DNA from: Leptospira biflexa
GTDB taxonomy: Bacteria > Spirochaetota > Spirochaetia > Treponematales > Rectinemataceae
Assembly (NCBI GenBank): GCA_020721875.1
Contig: DYLX01000001.1
Coordinates: 41,995-105,994, forward strand
DNA length: 64,000 nt
Direction: 5' to 3'
Shown: in pieces, positions 8,576 to 18,455 of the stretch
How positions within the stretch are numbered: position 1 is the first letter of the stretch
How the letters are laid out: every line of letters starts with the position of its first letter
Translations under genes and position numbers: made by a program
Notes under the pieces: generated by a model
The model's database searches: none
What the model saw: the letters and a program-made list of their open reading frames with translations, nothing else
What the model was told of the DNA's origin: nothing

Positions 8576-10561
8576 TCACCTGCCAGCCTTGAGCTTCGCA
8601 AGTTCATCCCGGATCAAGGCAGCCTGCTCGAACTCGAGATTCTTTGCATGTTCAAACATAAGTTTTTCCATTTCCTTGATGAGTGACTTGCGCTGTTCAG
8701 GGATAAGGATGTTATGTGTCCTCTTGAGCATGTCGAGCTCATTCTCCGAGGCTTCGATCTTCTCTTCACGGTGGCGTTCGAGAATATCCTGGACTTGCTT
8801 TTTGATTGTCTGCGGAGTTATGCCATGCCCACGATTGTATGATTCCTGCAGTGCCCTGCGTCGATCGGTCTCCGCGATCGCACGTTTCATCGCGATGCTC
8901 ATCGAGTCCGCATACATCACCACGAGTCCCGCAGCGTTTCTTGCCGCGCGCCCGATAATCTGGATGAGGCTCGTCTCCGAGCGCAAGAATCCGATCTTGT
9001 CGGCATCGAGAATGGCGATAAAGGATACTTCCGGCAAATCGATGCCTTCCCGCAAAAGGTTGATCCCCACGAGAACGTCGAACTCTCCCGCGCGTAGCTG
9101 GGTAAGAATTTCAACGCGTTCAATAGTTTCAATCTCCGAGTGGATATAGCGCACGCGCAGACCCAAGCCTCCGAGGTATTCGGAGAGCTCCTCTGCCATT
9201 TTCTTAGTTAAGGTTATAATGAGGCTCCTCTCTCCGCGCGAAGCGCGTTCGCGCACTCGCGTGTAGATGTCCTCCATCTGGCCTTCGGTCGGGCGAACAA
9301 GTATTTCCGGATCGATGAGTCCGGTCGGGCGTATGACCTGCTCGACGAGCGTCTTCGACCGTTTAAGCTCCGTGTCGCCGGGCGTTGCGGAAACATAGAT
9401 GGTTTGTGGAACGATCGTCTCGAATTCGTCAATCGTGAGAGGTCTATTATCTAATGCACAAGGAAGCCTGAACCCATAATCTACGAGCGAGGTTTTCCGG
9501 CTCTTGTCGCCTGCATACATCGCACCGATCTGAGGCAGTGTTACATGAGATTCATCGATGAATGTCACAAAGTCTTTTGGGAAATAATCAAGAAGAACAC
9601 CAGGACGCTCACCCGGGTTTCGGTTCGAGAGTGGTGCGGAGTAATTCTCGATACCGCTGCAGTAACCCATCTCTTCGAGCATCTCGATGTCGTACTCTGT
9701 GCGCGATTTTATTCTCTCCGCTTCGAGATATTTATTGTGTGCAAGAAAGAAGTCGTAACGCTCACGAAGCTCGGTCTTGATCCGCTGAACGGCTTTTTGC
9801 ACCATGTCTTCGGGCATTACAAAGTGCTTCGCAGGATAAACCACCGCCTCTTCAAGCTCGTCTGATGCTTCACCTGTAATGGGGTTGAGCCTCCGAATTC
9901 TGACGACGGAGTCGAAGTCGAGCTCGATTCTATATGCCTCTTCGAGATAGGCAGGAAAAATTTCCAGAACATCGCCCCTGATCCTGAACCGTCCGCGCTC
10001 CAGCACCATGTCGTTGCGCTCGTACTGGAGACTGATAAGCGTTCGTTTGACCTCATCGAGGTCGATGTTCTGCCCCTTATCGATGTAAAGGCGCATCTCG
10101 CGGTAAAGATCTGGAGAGCCGAGTCCATAGATACAGGAGACAGTCGCGACGATCACCACGTCTCTTCGTTCCATTAGAGCTGCGGTCGCGGAGAGCCGCA
10201 TCCGGTCTATCTCTTCGTTGATGTCCGAGTCTTTCTCGATATAGAGATCCTTGGAAGGGACATAGGCTTCCGGTTGATAGTAATCGTAGTAGGAAACGAA
10301 GTATTCAACCGCATTCTCCGGGAAAAACCCTTTAAACTCTCGATAGAGCTGCGCTGAGAGCGTCTTGTTGTGGGAGATGACAAGTGCTGGTTTCTGTACA
10401 GCCTCAATAACCTTCGCCATAGTAAAGGTCTTGCCTGAACCGGTGACACCTTTAAGCGTCACATAGCGCTCTCCTCGCCGAATTGCGCGGACAATACCAT
10501 CGATCGCTTGACCTTGATCGCCAGCCGGATAGTAGGGTGCAACTACTCTAAATGCTTTCAA
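8576..10561 (-). CDS. uvrB: excinuclease ABC subunit B
   Basis: [20 protein letters not shown] and a C-terminal UVR motif ([16 protein letters not shown]). TTG start overlaps the htrA stop by 4 nt. Confidence 0.95.
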   Translation of the reverse strand: MKAFRVVAPYYPAGDQGQAIDGIVRAIRRGERYVTLKGVTGSGKTFTMAKVIEAVQKPALVISHNKTLSAQLYREFKGFFPENAVEYFVSYYDYYQPEAYVPSKDLYIEKDSDINEEIDRMRLSATAALMERRDVVIVATVSCIYGLGSPDLYREMRLYIDKGQNIDLDEVKRTLISLQYERNDMVLERGRFRIRGDVLEIFPAYLEEAYRIELDFDSVVRIRRLNPITGEASDELEEAVVYPAKHFVMPEDMVQKAVQRIKTELRERYDFFLAHNKYLEAERIKSRTEYDIEMLEEMGYCSGIENYSAPLSNRNPGERPGVLLDYFPKDFVTFIDESHVTLPQIGAMYAGDKSRKTSLVDYGFRLPCALDNRPLTIDEFETIVPQTIYVSATPGDTELKRSKTLVEQVIRPTGLIDPEILVRPTEGQMEDIYTRVRERASRGERSLIITLTKKMAEELSEYLGGLGLRVRYIHSEIETIERVEILTQLRAGEFDVLVGINLLREGIDLPEVSFIAILDADKIGFLRSETSLIQIIGRAARNAAGLVVMYADSMSIAMKRAIAETDRRRALQESYNRGHGITPQTIKKQVQDILERHREEKIEASENELDMLKRTHNILIPEQRKSLIKEMEKLMFEHAKNLEFEQAALIRDELAKLKAGR

Positions 10562-11826
10562 TTCCTTCGCTCCGTAAGTGTCACCGAAGTGGCCATCTTT
10601 TTAGAGCCTCGGTAGTATTCCACACTAACCTTCTGGCCAGGCGTCGTATCCTCAAGCGCTGAGTACATCTGCGCTATGCTTGTGACGGGCTTGCCATCGA
10701 TGCTCACTATGATGTCGCCGCCGATGTAAAAGACCGTGGAGCCATAGCGAACCGCTACCGTCCCGCCCCGGAGGCCCGCCTGCTCTGCATTGCTGCCTTT
10801 TGTAACCGTCGAGATGAGAAGGCCTGAGTCGACGGGAGCACCCTTGCCCGACTGTTTGAGATAATCGACGAGGTCCGGAAAGAGCTGAATAGCCTCGAGG
10901 TCAATCCAGCCTCTGCGTACCTGCCCATCTTTGATGAGCTGTGGCACTACGCGTATCGCGGTATCCACGGGAATCGCGAAACCGATTCCTACAGAACCGC
11001 CCGATGGTGAGTAGATCATTGTGTTGATACCGATCATTTCGCCGCGCGTGTTGAAAAGGGGTCCGCCTGAGTTGCCGGGATTGATCGAGGCATCGGTCTG
11101 AATAGTGTTCTGAAGTATGGTAGTGTCATTCTCCTGGATAGGTCGGCCGAGTCCGGAGATGATACCAGTGGTGAGAGTCCGCTCCAGGCCGAATGGATTG
11201 CCGATTGCGAGAACTTTTTGGCCTACTTTGAGGTTTTTGGCGGTTCCGAAAGGGATTGGCTTGAGCTGTGTTCCTGTGCCCGGGTTGAATTTGATTACCG
11301 CGAGATCGCTCTCGGGGTCTGATCCTACAAGTTTCGCTTCATGCCTGCTCCCATCCGCCAGGCTTACATAGAGCTTATAGGCCTTATCGACCACATGATT
11401 ATTGGTGAGCACATAGCCGCGCTCATCGATGATGCTCCCGGAACCTGATCCACCGCGCTGGGGCACAGGGTCGAGAAACCAGTTGATGCCGAGCACTTCG
11501 GTGGTGATGTTCACGACCGACTCGTTGTACTTCTCATAAAGGGTAATATTTTCAATTTCATCGGAGCTGTAATTGCCCTGGATCGCCTCTGCAGCGGTCT
11601 GAAGCGATTGGGATTGTGCCAGCTGGCCTGTGGCGAGGGCTCCGCTCGTGAGCCCGTTCGACGGAATCGCAGGAGCGCTTGTCGCGACAGCGGCGGTTCC
11701 ATTTGAATACCGCTGGTACTTCAGCGTCTGATTGAATATCAAGATCGCCGCCGCAATGGAGAGCGAAGTAAGCGCTACCGATAGTGCAATAATCATTGTG
11801 ACTTGCGTTTTAGAATAAAGCTTCAT
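10558..11826 (-). CDS. htrA: HtrA/DegP-family periplasmic serine protease with PDZ domain
   Basis: N-terminal TM or signal segment. Trypsin-like catalytic motifs TNNHVV, D...AVIK and GNSGGPL. One C-terminal PDZ domain. Confidence 0.9.
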   Translation of the reverse strand: MKLYSKTQVTMIIALSVALTSLSIAAAILIFNQTLKYQRYSNGTAAVATSAPAIPSNGLTSGALATGQLAQSQSLQTAAEAIQGNYSSDEIENITLYEKYNESVVNITTEVLGINWFLDPVPQRGGSGSGSIIDERGYVLTNNHVVDKAYKLYVSLADGSRHEAKLVGSDPESDLAVIKFNPGTGTQLKPIPFGTAKNLKVGQKVLAIGNPFGLERTLTTGIISGLGRPIQENDTTILQNTIQTDASINPGNSGGPLFNTRGEMIGINTMIYSPSGGSVGIGFAIPVDTAIRVVPQLIKDGQVRRGWIDLEAIQLFPDLVDYLKQSGKGAPVDSGLLISTVTKGSNAEQAGLRGGTVAVRYGSTVFYIGGDIIVSIDGKPVTSIAQMYSALEDTTPGQKVSVEYYRGSKKMATSVTLTERRN

Positions 11827-11877
11827 TTCATTCCTCCACAGAATAGTGCGGGGAGCATGCGCTTTGGAAATGCAAAT

Positions 11878-12399
11878 TCACACGAAGGTGAGTTTGTTCT
11901 GGGCCTTCTCTTCGTCGCGTGCGAGCATGTAGATGAAGTCAGAGAGCCTATTGAGTGTCCTCAAGAGCACGGGAGAGACGCTCTCAGTCCTTGAGAGCGC
12001 AATTACTCTACGCTCAGCCCGCCGTGCGATGGTGCGCGCGATGTCGAGCGCGGCGGAACCCTGGGTCATCCCGGGGACTACAAATCCTCGCAGAGGTATG
12101 CGCTCCTCGATCTCGTGCGTTTTTTCTTCAATACTTAATTCATCTTCCTGAGTGATCGGCCTATTGAAGGGCGTGCCGAGGGAAGCGAGTTCACCCGCGA
12201 CTCTGAAAAGCATGCGCTGTATATCTTCTATCGCGTAAAGGACATTATCTTGAAAACACAGATGCCGAGCCATCCCGAGGGCCGAAGAGAGCTCATCGAT
12301 TGTTCCATAGGCTTCGACTCTCAGCGAATCTTTTCCGATTCGCTCGCCAGACCACAACCCTGTCGAGCCATCATCCCCCGTTTTAGTTACTATGCTCAT
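11878..12399 (-). CDS. ATP:cob(I)alamin adenosyltransferase, PduO type
   Basis: N-terminus TKTGDDGSTGLWSGERIGKDSLRVEAYGTIDEL is characteristic of the PduO/MMAB family. Confidence 0.85.
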   Translation of the reverse strand: MSIVTKTGDDGSTGLWSGERIGKDSLRVEAYGTIDELSSALGMARHLCFQDNVLYAIEDIQRMLFRVAGELASLGTPFNRPITQEDELSIEEKTHEIEERIPLRGFVVPGMTQGSAALDIARTIARRAERRVIALSRTESVSPVLLRTLNRLSDFIYMLARDEEKAQNKLTFV

Positions 12400-12479
12400 G
12401 GTGTAAACTTATCGACACCATTCGCCACAATCAAGGTGTACCCCCTGATGTGGTACTCTTTTTCTATAGTGGGAACACC

Positions 12480-13340
12480 ATGAAGACGAGCATTGAGGAC
12501 ATTGAACACTTTCTTGCGCTACAACCATGCCCCTATTTTCAAGACGGCAGGGACGCGCTCAGTGAGCATGTTCGTTTTAAGAGCTCTATAGACCGAGAAC
12601 ACGCTACCTCCCTTATTCAGCAAGGCTGGCGGCGTTATGGGTCGGATCTCTACCGCATGCGTTGTGAGGGTTGCAGACTCTGTATTCCGATTCGGATCGA
12701 TGCTTCAGAGATAACCATTTCTGATTCCATGAAACGAATACTGCGGCTCAACAAAGATCTTGTTATAATCCCCTGCAAGCCAAGCTTTTCAGAAGAACAC
12801 TTGATCCTTTGGAGAGCATATTCACTTCAGAAACACCTCACCTCACCAGAAGATCTCGATGTCGACCACTTCAAAGGGCTTTCTAGTCCCTGGAGCATGA
12901 TCTTCGAATACAGAAGAGGAGGCCCTGAAGGTGAACTTCTCGCGATCAGTCATATCGATCCGGTTCCCGATGGTTTTTCTTCAGTCTACTTCTCCTTTTC
13001 TCCAAGCGCTAAAAAACGAAGCCTCGGCTACTTTTCCGTGCTCACTGAAGCCTGCATCGCGCAAATGTACTCGCAATCCGAAACCTCGTCCTTGCCGTTG
13101 GCATCGGGAGAATCTATTTTCGAATACTATTTTCGTCCACGCGTTGCGGCGCGTCGTGCGTTCTATTATATGGGGTTCTGGGTACCAGGCGCGGTAAAAA
13201 TGGATTATAAGTCGCGGTTTCGCCCTTTCTCGCTGCTGTTAACCGATGAGAACGATAACATTCCATTGCATTGGTTCACATTTAATACCAAAGCTGAGGC
13301 GATTCGTTTGCTTCGGGCAGCTCATTGGCCAGGGATGTGA
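12480..13340 (+). CDS. arginyl-tRNA-protein transferase family (ATE/Bpt N-end-rule aminoacyl transferase)
   Basis: CPYFQDGR, GWRRYGSDLYR and CxxCxxCIPIRI motifs of ATE_N/ATE_C. ATG at 12480 chosen within ORF 12450-13340. Confidence 0.75.
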   Translation: MKTSIEDIEHFLALQPCPYFQDGRDALSEHVRFKSSIDREHATSLIQQGWRRYGSDLYRMRCEGCRLCIPIRIDASEITISDSMKRILRLNKDLVIIPCKPSFSEEHLILWRAYSLQKHLTSPEDLDVDHFKGLSSPWSMIFEYRRGGPEGELLAISHIDPVPDGFSSVYFSFSPSAKKRSLGYFSVLTEACIAQMYSQSETSSLPLASGESIFEYYFRPRVAARRAFYYMGFWVPGAVKMDYKSRFRPFSLLLTDENDNIPLHWFTFNTKAEAIRLLRAAHWPGM

Positions 13341-13469
13341 GCCGCATTATATCGCCACGATGGACAAAGTATGCCGTCTTTTGCGGTAATATCACTATCG
13401 TTGACTATTCCAAAGCCTCATGATAGCTTATCTAAGGATTTTCTTACGTTTTCGGACGAAAGGATTATT

Positions 13470-15077
13470 ATGGCATCTGAAGAAAATAAAAAGCAGCCTC
13501 AGAACAATGGCCACGCACCCAGCGAAAAGAAAAAAGAGGGCAAAAAGACCGAAAACACCCTCAGAAAGAACATCAAAAATCCGTTTGTGTATGTTGGCAC
13601 AATTGTAATCTTGGTTTTAACGATCATCGCATTCGTGTTGATACCCGGCGTGGGTGGCGGATCTGCATCCGTGGGACAGACGCCTGCATTCGGTACATGG
13701 AATGGGATTCCAATCCAATTTACCCCAGACTCATATTTTGCCGACCAGGTCTCCCAGATCAACGACTATCTCCGCCAGCAGGGAATCAACGACACGCAGA
13801 CGCAGCTCTACGCGTACCAAGTGTGGTTCATGGCTTTCCAAAACACGGTGGTTCGCACCGCGATCCTCGACATCGTAAAACGCTCCGGCATGCGTATCAG
13901 CGAGAAGACCATCGACGAAGAAGTGACGAAAAACGCGCAATTCCAGGTCGACGGAAAGTTCTCGATGGACAAGTATAATGCTGCCCCCCTCTCCACGCGC
14001 CTCTCCGTGCGCAGCAAGATTCGCGACAATCTGCTCGTGCAGAACTACTATGGCGATCTTATGTCCGTGTCGCCCTCAACCGCTGAGATTGACTTTGTAG
14101 CGTCAATGGCGAAACCGCAGCGCACGATCCAATACGTAAACATTCCGTTTACAGATTATCCTCAGGACAAGACTATTGAGTGGGCAAAGGCACATGAATC
14201 TCTCTTTCGCACCATTGGCTTGTCGAAGATCACCATCACCACTTCACAGAAGGACGCGGAGAAGGTACTCGCTCAAATTAAGGCCAACAGCCTCTCATTC
14301 GAAGATGCTGCGAAGAGCCACTCCAAGGACACCTACGCCGACAAGGGTGGCGATATGGGCACGCTTGTATACTATGATTTGAAAGATCAATTCCAGAACG
14401 ATAAAGATGCCGAGTCTGTTATGGCACTGAAGAAGGGCGATATTTCGCCGATCTTTAAGCAAACCGACAATGCCTGGGCCTTTTACAAGGTAAACACTGA
14501 AACCGCGGCACCCGATTTATCCAAGCCTTCTGTAATCGATGAAGTGAAGACCTACATATTTGACAAAGAGAAGAGCGTCTTGGAAACATGGGCACTCTCC
14601 AAGGCAGACACTTTTACCGCCGATGCCGCCAAGGCTTCGTTCGCGGCAGCAGCCAAGCAAGTCGGACTCGAAGCCAAGACAGCCGGTCCTTTTATCCTCA
14701 ACTATGGCAAGCCGACTTTCTACTTCTACGGCCAGCAGGTGGGACTCTTCCAGGAACCCTACCGTTCTCTCGACAATGCACTCGTCGGTGCTGAGCAGAA
14801 TGAGAATTTTCTGATCACCCTTTTCTCCTCCACGAAAAATGCAATCGCGAAACCTGTCGTGCTCGATAGTTCGGTGGTGGTTCTCTCGGTAATTGACGAC
14901 AAAGAAGCGACGGATCAGCAAATCTCGTACACTAAATTCTCTTATCCGTACTTTTTCCAGACAGCGCTCGAGACTGAACTTCGCACGACGATTCTCAGCT
15001 CCAAGTCCCTCAAGAATAACTTCAACGCGACATTCGCAAAGTTCTTCACCCCGTCGAATACCGGATCTGCTCAATAA
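13470..15077 (+). CDS. membrane-anchored PpiD/SurA-like peptidyl-prolyl isomerase (parvulin domain)
   Basis: Lys-rich N-terminus, one TM helix, then a large periplasmic part containing a parvulin-type segment (FEDAAKSHSKDTYADKGGDMG). Confidence 0.7.
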   Translation: MASEENKKQPQNNGHAPSEKKKEGKKTENTLRKNIKNPFVYVGTIVILVLTIIAFVLIPGVGGGSASVGQTPAFGTWNGIPIQFTPDSYFADQVSQINDYLRQQGINDTQTQLYAYQVWFMAFQNTVVRTAILDIVKRSGMRISEKTIDEEVTKNAQFQVDGKFSMDKYNAAPLSTRLSVRSKIRDNLLVQNYYGDLMSVSPSTAEIDFVASMAKPQRTIQYVNIPFTDYPQDKTIEWAKAHESLFRTIGLSKITITTSQKDAEKVLAQIKANSLSFEDAAKSHSKDTYADKGGDMGTLVYYDLKDQFQNDKDAESVMALKKGDISPIFKQTDNAWAFYKVNTETAAPDLSKPSVIDEVKTYIFDKEKSVLETWALSKADTFTADAAKASFAAAAKQVGLEAKTAGPFILNYGKPTFYFYGQQVGLFQEPYRSLDNALVGAEQNENFLITLFSSTKNAIAKPVVLDSSVVVLSVIDDKEATDQQISYTKFSYPYFFQTALETELRTTILSSKSLKNNFNATFAKFFTPSNTGSAQ

Positions 15078-15100
15078 TCAGTCAGCTTTACGAACAATAA

Positions 15101-15130
15101 GAAAGGGGCCCCACAGGGAGGCCCCTTTTC
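15101..15130. terminator. bidirectional intrinsic terminator between the ppiD-like gene and lepA
   Basis: GAAAGGGGCC / GGCCCCTTTTC stem with a 9-nt loop between convergent genes. T-run on the + strand, weaker on the - strand. Confidence 0.7.
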
Positions 15131-15154
15131 TTTGCTCTTTTCTCGAAGGCCTTG

Positions 15155-16969
15155 TCAGCGCTCCTCGTCGTCGCTCGCGCGTAGTACCGAGAGAAACACT
15201 TCCTGCCCAAGTTCGACGTTCCCGATCATCTTGAGCTTCTTCTTACCCTCTTTCTGCTTCTCGAGGAGCTTTCTCTTTCGCGAAATGTCACCGCCATAGC
15301 ACTTTGCTAGCACGTCTTTGCGCACAGGGTTGACCGTTTCGCGCGCAATAACCTGACTGCCGATGGCGCCTTGTACCGCGACTTTGAACTGCTGGCGGGG
15401 AATATTATTCCGGAGCCGCTCGCAGACGACTCTTGCTCTGTCGTAGGCGTTCGGTCGATACACGAGCATGGAAAGCGCGTCGACGGGTTCGCCATTGATA
15501 AGGAAATCCAATTTTGAGAGCTCAGTTGGTTTGTACTCGGTGACATCGTAATCGAAGCTCGCATAGCCGCGCGATGTAGATTTCAGCTTATCGTAGAAAT
15601 CAAACAGCACTTCTGCGAGGGGCATTTCGAAGACAAGTTCAACGCGCTTTTCGTCTAGATGCATGAAGGACTGCTGTGTGCCGCGTTTCATGAGGCAGAG
15701 AGAGATGATATTGCCGACATATGCGACTGGCGTAATCACATGTGCCTTAATAAACGGCTCTTCCGCGCTCTCGATCCGCGAAGGGTCCGGATACTCGCTC
15801 GGATTGTCGATAAAGATGGTGGAACCGTCCATGAGATGAATTTTGTAACGGACTGAGGGAGCTGTCATAATGATCGACTGATCGTACTCGCGCTCGAGAC
15901 GCTCCTGAACAACTTCGAGGTGAAGAAGTCCGAGATATCCGCAGCGGAAGCCAAATCCAAGGGCGAGAGAGTGATCTTTTTCGAAAATGAGCGAGGCGTC
16001 GTTGAGCACAAGTTTGTCGAGGCTGTCGCGAAGTTCGTCGTAATCTGCCGAATCGATGGGATAGATCGATGAGAATACGACCGGTTTTACTTCTTTGAAG
16101 CCGGGAAGAGGAGCGATGCAGGGCCTCTCATTGTCGGTGACGGTATCTCCGACACGCACTTCCTTCACTGTCTTGATACCCGCAATGCAATACCCCACTT
16201 CACCCGCGCCCAACTCAGGCGAAGGAGTTGCGGTGATCCTGAAATGACCGACTTCCTCGACCTCATGGACGGAATTGGTTGACATGAGGCGAATCTGCAT
16301 TCCCTTTCGGACAACTCCCTCTTTGAGTCTGAGATGAACAATCGCGCCACGATACGCGTCGTAGTGTGAATCGAAAATGAGAGCTTGCAACGGATTGTTC
16401 GCTCTGCCAGAAGGAGCTGGGATTCGATCGACAATCGCCTCAAAAAGTTCATCTATTCCTATGCCCATCTTTGCCGAAATAGCGAGCGCGTGCACTCCAT
16501 CGAGTCCAAGATCCTTGTCGATTTGGCCGCGGACGGCATCGACATCCGCGGCGGGCATATCGATCTTATTTATAACTGGAATAATCTCAAGGTCATGCTC
16601 GAGGGCCATGTACATGTTCGAGAGCGTCTGCGCCTCAACCCCCTGTGTTGCATCGATCACAAGGATCGCACCCTCGCAGGCCGCGATCGCCCTCGAGACT
16701 TCGTACGAAAAGTCGACATGTCCCGGTGTGTCGACAAGATTCAGCATGTAGGTTTTGCCATCCCTCGCGGTGTAAGGAAGACTCACCGCTTGGCTTTTTA
16801 TCGTAATTCCTCGTTCGCGCTCGATATCCATGGTGTCGAGCATTTGGTTTTGAAATTTACGGGAATCGATGAGGTTGGCTTTTTCTATGAATCTATCCGC
16901 AAGAGTGCTTTTCCCATGGTCAATATGTGCGATAATGCAAAAATTGCGGATGAGTTCTGGTTCGATCAT
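15155..16969 (-). CDS. lepA: elongation factor 4
   Basis: IRNFCIIAHIDHGKSTLADR, DTPGHVDF and NKID GTPase motifs, plus the LepA C-terminal domain. ATG at 16969 gives about 604 aa; the upstream ORF extension has no homology. Confidence 0.95.
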   Translation of the reverse strand: MIEPELIRNFCIIAHIDHGKSTLADRFIEKANLIDSRKFQNQMLDTMDIERERGITIKSQAVSLPYTARDGKTYMLNLVDTPGHVDFSYEVSRAIAACEGAILVIDATQGVEAQTLSNMYMALEHDLEIIPVINKIDMPAADVDAVRGQIDKDLGLDGVHALAISAKMGIGIDELFEAIVDRIPAPSGRANNPLQALIFDSHYDAYRGAIVHLRLKEGVVRKGMQIRLMSTNSVHEVEEVGHFRITATPSPELGAGEVGYCIAGIKTVKEVRVGDTVTDNERPCIAPLPGFKEVKPVVFSSIYPIDSADYDELRDSLDKLVLNDASLIFEKDHSLALGFGFRCGYLGLLHLEVVQERLEREYDQSIIMTAPSVRYKIHLMDGSTIFIDNPSEYPDPSRIESAEEPFIKAHVITPVAYVGNIISLCLMKRGTQQSFMHLDEKRVELVFEMPLAEVLFDFYDKLKSTSRGYASFDYDVTEYKPTELSKLDFLINGEPVDALSMLVYRPNAYDRARVVCERLRNNIPRQQFKVAVQGAIGSQVIARETVNPVRKDVLAKCYGGDISRKRKLLEKQKEGKKKLKMIGNVELGQEVFLSVLRASDDEER

Positions 16970-17052
16970 GGCGCCAATGTATACGATGCAGTTGGTTTTT
17001 TCAACGGAGAGTATCACCACCGTGGTGCAGATAATTCTTGAGAGGAAAATGA

Positions 17053-17789
17053 ATGACATCGATAGATATTGAAGTGCTGTGCGAGCGCACACACATTGAT
17101 CCGAGTCTTGTTCGCGACGCGAATCCGGAAAAGAATTTAAAGAGAGGCCGCTATGTGTTGCTGTGGATGCAAAAGGCGCAACGGGGGCATACGACAACCC
17201 AGCCCTCGATTTCGCAGTTGAGACCGCAGACTCTCTCAATCTTCCCCTTTTCACGGTATTCGCGCTCACCGATCCAGTTCTACCGAAGCTCATATTTGTG
17301 GAAACCGACGCCGTTGTTCCGCCCAGAATCGCCTATCCGAAGCTCGCCTGGTCGGCCCCGTGGGCGAGGAAAACCCTGGAAAGCACCTTTCGAGAGAATG
17401 CGTTCTCGAAGGCGGACCTCGAGTCCGCAAATACCGACGATCCCTACTGGAACGCCGCCCAGCTCGAGATGATCCTCACAGGGAAAATGCACAACTATAT
17501 GCGGATGTACTGGGGGAAAAAGATTCTTTCGTGGTTTCGCAACCTACGCGAAGCCTACTCCTTTGCCATCGAGTTGAACGATCGATACTCTCTCGATGGC
17601 AGGGATCCGAATGGGTACGCAGGGGTGGCCTGGTGTTTCGGACGGCACGACAGGCCCTGGCCTCATCGAGATGGATTCGGGAGCGTGAGAAGCATGACTC
17701 CTGAGGGCTTGCGGCGAAAATTCGACGCTGATCTCTATGCTGAGAGAATGCAAAAAATATATAATGCACGAATACCGGAGGTATCATGA
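17053..17789 (+). pseudogene. phr: class II CPD photolyase remnant (frameshift plus large internal deletion)
   Basis: The N-terminal piece (RYVLLWMQKAQR) is in one frame. It continues (YDNPALDFAVE...VFALTD) in another frame after a G5 run at 17183-17187. It then jumps straight to the C-terminal FAD region (WNAAQLEMILTGKMHNYMRMYWGKKIL...DGRDPNGYAGVAWCFG). Confidence 0.8.
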
Positions 17790-18088
17790 ACCTACAAAAT
17801 CTACCTGTTGTTTCGAAAACCGGCACCCGAGACGATCACGACATCATGGTGTACGCGCTTTCAACCTGCGGATTCTGCAAGAGGGCCATTGGATTCCTCG
17901 AATCAAACAATTTCTCGTACAAATATCTTTATGTCGATCTCATTCCTCTTGAAGTCAAGAACAGAATCAAACAAGAGCTTAAAGAGAGATTCAAGGAGAA
18001 TGTGGCATTCCCCTTTGCAGTCATCGATGAGCAAAAGCACCTCATAGGCTTTATTGAAGCGGATTGGAAATTGACGCTGGGCCTCTGA
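17786..18088 (+). CDS. glutaredoxin/NrdH-like small redox protein (CGFC)
   Basis: 100 aa. MVYALSTCGFCKRAIGFL is a thioredoxin-fold CxxC site. The ATG overlaps the TGA of the photolyase remnant (ATGA). Confidence 0.8.
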   Translation: MNLQNLPVVSKTGTRDDHDIMVYALSTCGFCKRAIGFLESNNFSYKYLYVDLIPLEVKNRIKQELKERFKENVAFPFAVIDEQKHLIGFIEADWKLTLGL

Positions 18089-18119
18089 TGGCGCGGCGAA
18101 ACAAAAAGGAACAATAGCC

Positions 18120-18455
18120 ATGTCCACCCAAAAAACATTTGAGCAGACGAAACTTTTCACTGAGATGGTCGCGCGCAAGCAAGATTGGGCCCTCAATCCA
18201 GACCCTATATTCTACAATAATCTCGTTGAAGGCCTCACTACGAATTATAACCGCTACGGCTATTTCCTCTGTCCCTGTCGCGACACAGAAGGAAGTCGAG
18301 AGGCCGATACACCGGCAATTTGCCCCTGCGTTTGGTCCAGAGCGGATATTCTTCAATATGGTCACTGCTTCTGCGCGCTCTATCTCTCAAAGGAATTCGC
18401 GGAATCGGGCAAGGAACCGCGCGGCATTCCCGACCGTCGTTACGAAGACGCATGA
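18120..18455 (+). CDS. ferredoxin:thioredoxin reductase catalytic-subunit-like protein
   Basis: 111 aa with the six-Cys pattern FLCPCRD / AICPCVW / GHCFCAL (CPC-CPC-CxC), typical of the FTR catalytic chain and ferredoxin:disulfide reductases. Confidence 0.75.
   Translation: MSTQKTFEQTKLFTEMVARKQDWALNPDPIFYNNLVEGLTTNYNRYGYFLCPCRDTEGSREADTPAICPCVWSRADILQYGHCFCALYLSKEFAESGKEPRGIPDRRYEDA

Noticed and set aside
15155-17293. 712-aa version of the lepA ORF, with a 108-aa N-terminal extension
   Set aside because: The conserved LepA N-terminus (MIEPELIRNFCIIAHIDHGKST) starts at the ATG at 16969. The extension has no homology and would overlap the photolyase relic region.
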